DNA from: Akkermansiaceae bacterium
GTDB lineage: Bacteria; Verrucomicrobiota; Verrucomicrobiia; Verrucomicrobiales; DEV007
Reading direction: 5' to 3'
Assembly (NCBI GenBank): GCA_024233085.1
Contig: JACKQC010000020.1
Span: 35,884 to 99,883, forward strand
Length of the DNA: 64,000 nucleotides
Made by a program: the position numbers and the translations under genes. Shown here one piece after another: positions 29,507 through 37,718 of the stretch (within the stretch, counting starts at the first letter, position 1; each line of letters starts with the position of its first letter). The notes under the pieces were generated by a model. It did no database searches, had not been told where the DNA came from, and saw nothing but the letters and a program-made list of their open reading frames with translations.

Positions 29507-30235
29507 ATGAGCGAAGAAACCAACAACGATACCCCGGCCGAAGAATTGGAAACGCCGGAGGCCAACGAAGCCGCGGCCGAAACCCCGGCGGCCGAAGCCC
29601 CGGCGGTCGAAACCCCGGAAGCCGAAGCCGATGCCCCGGCCGATGCCGAAGGCGACAGCAGCGGTGGCGCCGCGGAATCTTCCGGCGAGGAGCGCTTCGA
29701 CAAACTGGCCGCCGCCGAGCGCCGCCTGGGTGAATTCCGTAGCGGCGAGGAAGGTCCCGAATACCACGAGAAAGTCGTGCACATCAACCGGTGCGCCAAG
29801 GTGGTCAAAGGCGGCCGGCGCTTCAGCTTCAGCGCCCTGGTCGTCTGTGGCGACAAGCAGGGCCGCGTCGGCTACGGATTCGGCAAAGCCAACGAAGTCT
29901 CCGAGTGCATCCGCAAGGCCAGCGACGCCTCCCGCAAGGACATGGTCGAGATCAGCCTGCGCGACACCACCATCCCCCACGAGGTGATCGGCGAATACGG
30001 CGGCGGTCGCGTGCTGCTGCGGCCCGCCTCGCCCGGGACCGGCATCATCGCCGGCGGAGGCGTCCGCGCCGTCGTCGAAGCCGCCGGCATCAAGGACGTG
30101 CTCGCCAAATCGATGGGCTCCAAGAATCAGTTCAACGTCGTCAAGGCGACCCTCGCCGCGCTGGAAACCCTGCGCACCCGCGACGAGATCTTCCAACTCC
30201 GCGGCAAGAAAACCCGCGACCAGAAAGCCATCTGA
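29507..30235 (+). CDS. rpsE: 30S ribosomal protein S5 with ~75-aa acidic N-terminal extension
   Basis: The core starts near [21 protein letters not shown], preceded by [32 protein letters not shown]... Confidence 0.95.
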   Translation: MSEETNNDTPAEELETPEANEAAAETPAAEAPAVETPEAEADAPADAEGDSSGGAAESSGEERFDKLAAAERRLGEFRSGEEGPEYHEKVVHINRCAKVVKGGRRFSFSALVVCGDKQGRVGYGFGKANEVSECIRKASDASRKDMVEISLRDTTIPHEVIGEYGGGRVLLRPASPGTGIIAGGGVRAVVEAAGIKDVLAKSMGSKNQFNVVKATLAALETLRTRDEIFQLRGKKTRDQKAI

Positions 30236-30300
30236 CCGATCATCCACCGCCGGCGCGAAGCCCGCGCCCGCCCAACCATTCCTCCAACCGATCCAGGACC

Positions 30301-30774
30301 ATGCGACTGCACGATCTCAAACCGAATCCCGGCTCCAAGCACCGGCGCAAGCGCCTCGGCTGTGGCGAAAGCTCCGGCCACGGCAAGACCTCCGGCAAAG
30401 GCCACAAAGGGATGAAGGCCCGGTCCGGCGGCGGCAACCGTCCCGGTTTCGAAGGCGGCCAGATGCCCATCATGCGGCGCCTGCCGAAGAAAGGGTTCAA
30501 CAACGCCCAGTTCTCGAAAAAATACGCCGTGGTCAACGTCGCCGCCCTCGAAGCCAAATTCGACGACGGCGCCGAGGTGAACGAGGAGACCCTCCGCGCC
30601 GCCGGCCTCGTGCAGGGCGGCGCCTGGGACGGCGTCAAGATTCTCGGCAACGGCGAGCTGACCAAGAAACTCAGCGTCACGGCCGACAAGGTCAGCGCCG
30701 GGGCGAGGGAAAAGATCGAGAAAGCCGGCGGCAGCGTCTCCGTGACCGCCGCTCCGGCCGAATCCGAGAGTTAA
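30301..30774 (+). CDS. rplO: 50S ribosomal protein L15
   Basis: ATG at 30301 in the frame of ORF 29791..30774: MRLHDLKPNPGSKHRRKR... Confidence 0.95.
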   Translation: MRLHDLKPNPGSKHRRKRLGCGESSGHGKTSGKGHKGMKARSGGGNRPGFEGGQMPIMRRLPKKGFNNAQFSKKYAVVNVAALEAKFDDGAEVNEETLRAAGLVQGGAWDGVKILGNGELTKKLSVTADKVSAGAREKIEKAGGSVSVTAAPAESES

Positions 30775-30777
30775 GGC

Positions 30778-30840
30778 ACCCAACCCTGTCAGGTCATCGA
30801 CTCAACCCTGTTTGGTCCGCGGCATAACCCTGTTCGATCG
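30778..30840. repeat. REP-like hairpin cluster (3 units)
   Basis: CCCAACCCTGTCAGGTC, GACTCAACCCTGTTTGGTC and CATAACCCTGTTCGATC, between rplO and secY. Confidence 0.7.
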
Positions 30841-30866
30841 AAACCGTTTCCCCCTCCGCCGACGTC

Positions 30867-32378
30867 ATGATTTCCGCGTTCGCGAACTCCCTGAAAATTC
30901 CGGAACTGCGGCAGCGCATTCTTTTCTCGCTGCTCGTCATCGTCATCGTCCGGCTCGGGGCGAACATCACGCTGCCGGGGGTGGACATCACGGTGCTGCA
31001 GGACATCCTGCGCAAGATGCAGGAGCAGGCCGGGGGCAGCACCGGTTTCGCGGCGGTCGCGGCGCTGATGAACGTCTTCAGCGGCGGCGGCCTGCAAAAC
31101 TGCGCCCTGTTCGCCCTGGGGATCATGCCCTACATCAGCGCGTCGATCATGATGCAGTTGCTCACGGCCGTGATACCGCGTCTCGGGAAACTGGCGCGTG
31201 AGGAGGGCGGCCGGCAGAAGATCAATCTCTACACCCGGTATGTCACCATCGCCCTGTGCCTGTTTCAGGGATACATGCTGGCGCAGTCGCTCATCAACCC
31301 CAGCGCCAACCCCATCCTGCGGAATTACGCCGAAAAATCGGCCAGCGAACTGGTTCCCGACGGCGGGATGCTGTTCGTGTTTTCGACCGTGGTGATCATC
31401 ACGACCGGAACGCTTTTCCTGATGTGGCTCGGCGACCAGATCACCGAGCGCGGCATCGGCAACGGGATTTCGCTCATCATCACGGTCAACATCATCTTCG
31501 CCCTCCCGGGCGCCCTGTTCCAGGTTTACAAGACCTACGTGGAAGGCGCGGCGGGCAACCCGCTCAAACCCCTGCAACTGGTGGCGCTGATGCTCTTCCT
31601 GTTCTTCGTGGTGGCGGCGGTCATCGCCATCACCCAGGCGCAGCGGCGGGTGAGCATCCACTACGCGAAGCGCGTCGTGGGGCGCAAGATGTACGGCGGC
31701 CAGACCCAGTACATGCCGCTGAAGGTGAACTACGCCGGCGTCATGCCCATCATTTTCGCGCAGGCCATCCTCCTGTTTCCCTCGCAGATCATCGGGTTCC
31801 TGTTCCCCAATCAGGAATGGGCGCGCGAGCTGTCGATGGCGCTCGGCGGGGGCGGCCGCGGATGGGTCTATTACTCGCTGTCGGCGCTGATGATCTTTTT
31901 CTTCAGCTATTTCTGGGTGGCGACCATGTTTCAGCCCAACCAGATCGCCGACGACCTGAAGAAGAACGGCGGTTACATCCCCGGCGTGCGGCCCGGGAAA
32001 TCGACGGCCGAGTTTCTCGATTACACCATGAGCCGGCTGACTTTTGCCGGGGCGATCTTCCTGACCATTATTTCGGTGCTGCCCGGCATCCTGAGCCGCG
32101 TGATGCAGGTGCCGCCGGTGGCGGCGCAGTTCTTTGGCGGGACGAGCCTCCTCATCATGGTCGGCGTGCTGCTCGATGTGATGCGGCAGGTGGAGACGCA
32201 CCTGATCCAGCGCCATTACGACGGTTTCCTGCGCAAAGGACGCATCCGGGGACGCTTCGACCGGCCGGGCGGCAAGGGCGCGGTGGCCTCGGGCACCTCG
32301 ATCGTGTGGCTGTTTTTCCTGGTCGCGCTGCTGGTGATCGTGGGCATCACGTATTTCCTGATCAGTCAGGGCAAGTGA
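30867..32378 (+). CDS. secY: Preprotein translocase subunit SecY
   Basis: 503 aa, polytopic. ...FSGGGLQNCALFALGIMPYISASIMMQLL... Confidence 0.95.
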   Translation: MISAFANSLKIPELRQRILFSLLVIVIVRLGANITLPGVDITVLQDILRKMQEQAGGSTGFAAVAALMNVFSGGGLQNCALFALGIMPYISASIMMQLLTAVIPRLGKLAREEGGRQKINLYTRYVTIALCLFQGYMLAQSLINPSANPILRNYAEKSASELVPDGGMLFVFSTVVIITTGTLFLMWLGDQITERGIGNGISLIITVNIIFALPGALFQVYKTYVEGAAGNPLKPLQLVALMLFLFFVVAAVIAITQAQRRVSIHYAKRVVGRKMYGGQTQYMPLKVNYAGVMPIIFAQAILLFPSQIIGFLFPNQEWARELSMALGGGGRGWVYYSLSALMIFFFSYFWVATMFQPNQIADDLKKNGGYIPGVRPGKSTAEFLDYTMSRLTFAGAIFLTIISVLPGILSRVMQVPPVAAQFFGGTSLLIMVGVLLDVMRQVETHLIQRHYDGFLRKGRIRGRFDRPGGKGAVASGTSIVWLFFLVALLVIVGITYFLISQGK

Positions 32379-32532
32379 GAGCCGCGCCGGGTCTTCCGCC
32401 ACGGAAATTGGGCGGTTTTTCCCCGGGCCACGGCTGAATTCAGAGCGGCCGGACGCAACCATGGACCATCCCGCCGGCGGCCAACGAACCGGTGGTGGGT
32501 ATTACGATTTTCTGAAGGGAATTTTTTCGCGA

Positions 32533-33363
32533 ATGGCCAAGAAGAAAAAACGCATTCACTACCGCTTCGGGCGGGAGGCGGAGGCGATGCGCGAAGCGGG
32601 CCGGATCGCCGCGGAAATTCTCGCCGGCACGGCCGAATTGGTGAAACCCGGCGCCACCACCGGCGAAATCGATCGCGCGGCGGCGGAGTTGATCGCCGGT
32701 CGGGGCTGCCGCAGCGCCTTTCTGGGGTATCGGGGATTTCCGGGCCATATCTGCATTTCCCTGAATCAGGAAGTCGTCCACGGCATCGGAAATCCGAAGC
32801 GAGTCATTGGCGAGGGCGACATCGTCAAAATCGACGTGGGCATCGTGACGCCCGGCGGATGGGTGGGGGACAACGCGAAGACCGTCGCGGCCGGCACTCC
32901 CTCGCCCGCGGCGCTCCGGCTGATGTTCGCGACCGAGGAGTGCCTCGAGGTGGCGATCCGGCACGCCCAGACCGGCAACCGGCTCTCGGATCTCTGCGTG
33001 GCCGTCGAGGAATGCGCGCAGGGGTTCGGATATACCGTGGTTCGCGAGATGGTCGGACACGGCGTGGGCCGCGAATTGCACGAGGAACCCCAGGTCCCGA
33101 ACTACTGGGATTTCTCGACCATGGGACGCGGACCGAAACTGGCACCGGGGATGGTCCTGGCGATCGAGCCCATGATCAACGCCGGCACGGCGGAGATCGT
33201 GATTCTCGAAGATCAGTGGACGGTGGTGACGGCCGACGGGGATCTTTCGGCGCATTTCGAGCATTCGGTGATGATCACCGAAGGGGAGCCGATCATTCTG
33301 ACACCGAGGCCGCGCCTGGTGTCGAGGCAGGCCGTGCCGGATGCGGTCGCGGCGGAGGTTTGA
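32533..33363 (+). CDS. map: Type I methionine aminopeptidase
   Basis: Internal ATG of ORF 32461..33363. ...EVVHGIGN...GDIVKIDVG...GHGVGRELHEEPQV...FEHSVMIT... Confidence 0.9.
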   Translation: MAKKKKRIHYRFGREAEAMREAGRIAAEILAGTAELVKPGATTGEIDRAAAELIAGRGCRSAFLGYRGFPGHICISLNQEVVHGIGNPKRVIGEGDIVKIDVGIVTPGGWVGDNAKTVAAGTPSPAALRLMFATEECLEVAIRHAQTGNRLSDLCVAVEECAQGFGYTVVREMVGHGVGRELHEEPQVPNYWDFSTMGRGPKLAPGMVLAIEPMINAGTAEIVILEDQWTVVTADGDLSAHFEHSVMITEGEPIILTPRPRLVSRQAVPDAVAAEV

Positions 33364-33606
33364 CCAATTTTGAAGTATGGAAAAAATGAAGGTTTTTGAG
33401 ACTTTTGGGGATGGCAAAAAAGTGCCCCGCTTTTTTTCCGGAAACGAGATTCCCGCCTTGCCAGCCGGGAAACATGTGATAAAGATTCCGTCCCCCGCCT
33501 CCCGAGGTGGAAGCGCCGATTTGTGCCCGCGCGCCAGAGGTTTGGAGCCGCTGCCGGCTTGAAGCGAACCGGGGGACCAAAGCCAAACGAATCATTCATT
33601 TTTCTC

Positions 33607-33720
33607 ATGAAAGTCAGACCGTCCATCAAGCGCCTGTGCAGCGACTGCCGCATCATTCGCCGCGAGGGGATTTTGCGGGTCATCTGCAAAAATCCGCGGC
33701 ACAAGCAGCGCCAGGGCTGA
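33607..33720 (+). CDS. rpmJ: 50S ribosomal protein L36 (Cys-rich zinc form)
   Basis: [37 protein letters not shown]. Confidence 0.9.
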   Translation: MKVRPSIKRLCSDCRIIRREGILRVICKNPRHKQRQG

Positions 33721-33775
33721 TCGATCGGCTCCGATTTTCCGTCGAGTTTCCCGCGAAATTTTACCCACATCTCCC

Positions 33776-34153
33776 ATGGCCAGACTGCTTGGTGTCGAAA
33801 TTCCCAACGAAAAGCGGATCGAAGCGTCGCTGCCCTATATTTACGGCATCGGACGCACCACCGCGAAGAAAGTCCTCGAGGAAGCCGGGATCGATCCCGA
33901 TATCCGCACCGGCGAACTGACCGACGATCAGCTCAGTCGCATCGCCCATTCGGTGACCAACGGGGGCATCCTGATCGAGGGCGATCTGCGCCGGGATGTG
34001 CAGGGGCACATGAAGCGCCTGACCTCCATCAACTGCTACCGGGGCATCCGTCACCGCCGCGGGCTGCCTGTGCGCGGCCAGCGCACCTCCACCAACGCCC
34101 GCACCCGCAAGGGCAAACGCAAGACCGTCGGCGTGATGCGCGCCAAGAAGTAA
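33776..34153 (+). CDS. rpsM: 30S ribosomal protein S13
   Basis: [26 protein letters not shown]... Confidence 0.95.
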   Translation: MARLLGVEIPNEKRIEASLPYIYGIGRTTAKKVLEEAGIDPDIRTGELTDDQLSRIAHSVTNGGILIEGDLRRDVQGHMKRLTSINCYRGIRHRRGLPVRGQRTSTNARTRKGKRKTVGVMRAKK

Positions 34154-34227
34154 GCGGGAATTTTCGCCCCGGCCGCCCGGCCCGCTGAAACGGGCGCCGT
34201 TTCGATCCGATTTGTTTTTCCACAGCC

Positions 34228-34812
34228 ATGGCTGAAGAACCCGAAACCAACAACGAAACCGAAACTCCCGTGGCGGCCTCCGCGCCGGCGGAAGAACCGA
34301 CTCCCGCGGCGGCGCCCGCCGCACCCGCGGAAGAGGCTGCCCCGGCGGAGGAATCTCGTCCCCCCCGGAAAAAAGAACGCACCGCCGAGGACGTGTTCCT
34401 CGAGCTGGAGGGAGCCGAGGGCGGCCCGGAAAAGCCGAAAATTCTCAAGGCCAAGGGCAGCAAGAACGTGCATGCCGGCGTGGTGCATGTTTACGCGACC
34501 TTCAACAACACCATCGTTTCGGTCAGCGATCCCAACGGCAACGTGATCGGTTGGTCGAGCGCCGGCAAGATGGGATTCCGCGGTTCCCGCAAGAGCACGG
34601 CTTACGCGGCCCAGTTGGTGTCCCAGGACGCTTGCCGCCAGGCCATGTCGCACGGCCTGCGCCAGGCCGAGGTCCGGGTCAAAGGCCCGGGCGCCGGGCG
34701 CGAATCGGCGGTCCGCGCCGTGCAGGCACTCGGGATCGACGTTCTCAAAATCCGCGACGTGACGCCCGTGCCGCACAATGGCTGCCGCCCGAAGAAGGCC
34801 CGGCGTGTCTGA
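34228..34812 (+). CDS. rpsK: 30S ribosomal protein S11 with ~60-aa Pro/Ala/Glu-rich N-terminal extension
   Basis: Core ...[30 protein letters not shown]..., preceded by [33 protein letters not shown]... Confidence 0.95.
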   Translation: MAEEPETNNETETPVAASAPAEEPTPAAAPAAPAEEAAPAEESRPPRKKERTAEDVFLELEGAEGGPEKPKILKAKGSKNVHAGVVHVYATFNNTIVSVSDPNGNVIGWSSAGKMGFRGSRKSTAYAAQLVSQDACRQAMSHGLRQAEVRVKGPGAGRESAVRAVQALGIDVLKIRDVTPVPHNGCRPKKARRV

Positions 34813-34877
34813 GGCCCGATGGCGCGGAATCCAGAGAAACACGAACGTTTTCAGAAACTCCGAACGATTTTCACATC

Positions 34878-35489
34878 ATGGCAAGATACACGGGTCCCAC
34901 CGACAAAATCAGCCGCCGTTTTGGCGTGCCCTTGTTTGGTCCTTCGAAGTCGCTCGAGCGCCGGGCTTATCCTCCCGGCCAGCACGGGGCGCGCAGCGGT
35001 CGTCGCAAGCGTTCGGACTATGCCATCGCCCTGGGCGAAAAGCAGAAGCTGCGCCTTCAGTACGGAATTCTGGAAAAGCAGTTTCGCCGCTATTTTGCCG
35101 AAGCTTCCCGCCGCCGCGGCATCACCGGCGATATCCTGCTTCAGTTGCTCGAACTCCGCCTCGACAATGTCTGTTACCGGCTCGGTCTCGGTAACACCCG
35201 GCGCGCTTCCCGGCAGTTGGTCAATCACGGGCACGTCCTTGTGAACGACAAGAAGGTGGACATCCCGTCCTACCAGTGCAAGCCCGGTGACGTCATCAAG
35301 GTCAACGACAACAATCGCTCGCGCCAACTGGCGATGCGCGTCCTCGACTCGACCCAGGCCCGGCCCGTGCTGGACTGGCTCACCATGGATCGCGACAAGA
35401 TCGTCGGAGCCGTGACCCGCGTGCCCGAGCGCGAGGAGATCGACCCGATGGTGAACGAGCAGCTCGTCGTCGAGCTTTACTCCCGCTGA
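34878..35489 (+). CDS. rpsD: 30S ribosomal protein S4
   Basis: ATG in the frame of ORF 34551..35489: MARYTGPTDKISRRFG... Confidence 0.95.
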   Translation: MARYTGPTDKISRRFGVPLFGPSKSLERRAYPPGQHGARSGRRKRSDYAIALGEKQKLRLQYGILEKQFRRYFAEASRRRGITGDILLQLLELRLDNVCYRLGLGNTRRASRQLVNHGHVLVNDKKVDIPSYQCKPGDVIKVNDNNRSRQLAMRVLDSTQARPVLDWLTMDRDKIVGAVTRVPEREEIDPMVNEQLVVELYSR

Positions 35490-35712
35490 GGAGTCTCCCT
35501 TCGTCCGCGGAGGCGTCCCACGACGGCTGGTGTATCCGGCCGGCCCCGCCGTTTTGTTCCGGTGGAGAGGACCGGCGTTGTCACGGGAGGGAATTCCGGG
35601 ACAATTGGCTGGCGATGCGCCGATTTTACGCTAAGGTCTAGGCCCTTCGAGAGCCCCATCAGCGGGCGCGCCTTTCCCTTCAAAACGAAAACATCCCAAA
35701 CTGCGTCAGCGA

Positions 35713-36603
35713 ATGCACCGGTTCACCTTCTCCCTCGCCGTGGCGGCGATTCTGTCCACCTCGGCCCTCTCGTTCCCTCAAAGTGCCTCCGCTCAGGACG
35801 CCGTCGGCGAGGCCGCCCGGGGTCTTCTGGAAAAGTACAAACTGGCGCTGGTCGTGGTCACGGTCGATGGGCGGCTGCAGGCGGTGACCGACGGTGATCC
35901 GCTGCCCGACCGCGAACAGCAGCGTCGCACGCTCGGGGTGACGATTCGTGACAACGGTCTCATCGCCATTTCCAACGCCTCGGTCGATCCCGCCGTCGGA
36001 TTGGAGGGGCAAAAGGCGCGCATGGGCGACAAGGTGGTCACCATCCAGTCGGCGAAGACGGAATTCGTGAATGTCGAGATCAGCTATGGCGACAAGACCA
36101 TCCTGCCCGGAAAAATCATCAAACAGGATGTGAACTCCGACATCGCCTTCGTGCTTCCCGACGCCGGGGCGGCCCAAGCGATCAAAAAGCAGTTCACCTT
36201 TGTCGACTTGAAACAAGCCGCCCAGGTCCAGGTGGCGGACGAAGTGGTCGGGTTGTCCCGATCCTCGGCCGCGTTCTTCTACATGCCGACGGTGATCGTC
36301 GGGCGCGTGACGGCGATTCACACCTCCGACCGGACCTTTTACATCACCACGGCGGGCACGGCCCAGGGCATCCCGATCTTCGCGCTGGACGGTCGGCCCG
36401 TCGGCATCACTCTGGAGCGGATACTCGACAACAATCGATCCGGAATCCTGGGCACGATCGCCGCCGGTTCCATCAGCATCATGGCCGACATCGCGCTCGA
36501 CGCCGCCAGCAAGGAGGGAGCGGCCGCTCCCGCGACCGGGACACCCGCTCCGGCCGCGCCCGCGGCTCCGGCTCCAGCCCCCGCGGCTCCGCCCGGAAAC
36601 TAA
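35713..36603 (+). CDS. Secreted trypsin/HtrA-fold-like protein, probably catalytically inactive, with Pro/Ala-rich tail
   Basis: Signal peptide MHRFTFSLAVAAILSTSALSFPQSASA. Remembered S1C blocks align as GLIAISNASV (vs TNNHVV), DIAFVL (vs DIALLK) and TAGTAQGIPIFALDGRPVGI (vs GNSGGPLVNLDGEVIGI). Confidence 0.5.
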   Translation: MHRFTFSLAVAAILSTSALSFPQSASAQDAVGEAARGLLEKYKLALVVVTVDGRLQAVTDGDPLPDREQQRRTLGVTIRDNGLIAISNASVDPAVGLEGQKARMGDKVVTIQSAKTEFVNVEISYGDKTILPGKIIKQDVNSDIAFVLPDAGAAQAIKKQFTFVDLKQAAQVQVADEVVGLSRSSAAFFYMPTVIVGRVTAIHTSDRTFYITTAGTAQGIPIFALDGRPVGITLERILDNNRSGILGTIAAGSISIMADIALDAASKEGAAAPATGTPAPAAPAAPAPAPAAPPGN

Positions 36604-36677
36604 GCGCCTTTTCCAGCTTTGGGCATCCGGTCCGGTGGAAAGGGGTGAGAGTCGAGGGTGGCCGGAGGTTCGATCCG

Positions 36678-37718
36678 ATGCGGTGCAACACCCGGAAGAA
36701 AACCCGATTTCCCAACCGGCTCCCGATCGTGAAAAAGACAAGTTCGCTCCTGAAATCCCCGCGACCGAATCGACGCGGCGCCTCGATTGGAACGATCGGT
36801 TCCATCGCCCTCGCCATTTCTATTCTGGCGACCCGGAATGCGCCCGCTCAGGGTCAGTCTCAGCCCTTCGAGTTTTCCGATGGGGAACGAGTTGTCCTGA
36901 TCGGAAACACCCTGGCGGAGCGTTTCGTCTATTTCGGCTGGCTGGAGACGCGGCTTCAGCTCGCTCATCCCGACAAGCATCTGTCGATCCGCAATCTCGG
37001 ATGGAGCGGCGATGAGGTGGCCCTGATGCCTCGCCCGTTGGATTTTGGCTCGCTGGAGGATCATCTGGCCGCGCAAAAAGCCGACACCATTCTCCTGTTT
37101 TTCGGTGCGAACGAGTCCTTCGCCGGCGCCGCCGGAGTGGAGAAATACGGGAGGGATCTCCGTGCGCTCTGCGAAAACCTGCGAAGCCGGAAGTTTAACG
37201 AAAAGTCCGCCCCGCGGCTGGTGCTCCTGTCGCCGATCGCCCACGAACAACTCGGGCCGCCCTGGCCGGATGCGGGCGACCGCAATGTCGAGCTGGAACG
37301 CTACACCGACGCCACCCGCCGCGCCGCCGAGGCGCTGGATCTGGTCTTTATCGATCTTTTTCATCCCACCCGGACCCTGATGGCGGAGAATGGCACCGGA
37401 AAACCGCTCACGATCAATGGAATCCACCTCACCGACGACGGTTGTCGCGCCGTGAGCGAAATCATCGCCGCCGGCCTCGGCATCACGGATCCGCTGCCCG
37501 GGGATGTTTCGTCGATTCGCTCGCTGGTGATGGAAAAGAACCGCCAGTTTTTCCTGCGATGGCGCCCGGTCAACGCCGAGTACGTCTTCGGCCGTCGGAA
37601 GGAGCCGTTCGGCGTCATCACCTTTCCTCCGGAAATGGAACAGTTGGACAAGCAGATCGCGGAACTCGACGGGAAGATACAAGCCGCCGCCGCCAAACTC
37701 AGCGCCCCGAAACCATGA
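36678..37718 (+). CDS. SGNH/GDSL-hydrolase-fold protein (secreted)
   Basis: ORF 36645..37718. Candidate starts are ATG 36678 and GTG 36729. Blocks VVLIGNTLAE, LLFFGANES and INGIHLTDDG. The stop overlaps the next start (ATGA at 37715). Confidence 0.55.
   Translation: MRCNTRKKTRFPNRLPIVKKTSSLLKSPRPNRRGASIGTIGSIALAISILATRNAPAQGQSQPFEFSDGERVVLIGNTLAERFVYFGWLETRLQLAHPDKHLSIRNLGWSGDEVALMPRPLDFGSLEDHLAAQKADTILLFFGANESFAGAAGVEKYGRDLRALCENLRSRKFNEKSAPRLVLLSPIAHEQLGPPWPDAGDRNVELERYTDATRRAAEALDLVFIDLFHPTRTLMAENGTGKPLTINGIHLTDDGCRAVSEIIAAGLGITDPLPGDVSSIRSLVMEKNRQFFLRWRPVNAEYVFGRRKEPFGVITFPPEMEQLDKQIAELDGKIQAAAAKLSAPKP

Noticed and set aside
35505-35550. A possible fourth fragment of the IR element downstream of rpsD (GCGGAGGCGTCCC-ACGACGGCTGG).
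   Set aside because: Only ~10-nt matches to each IR half. This is too short and too GC-rich to distinguish from chance without a statistical search.
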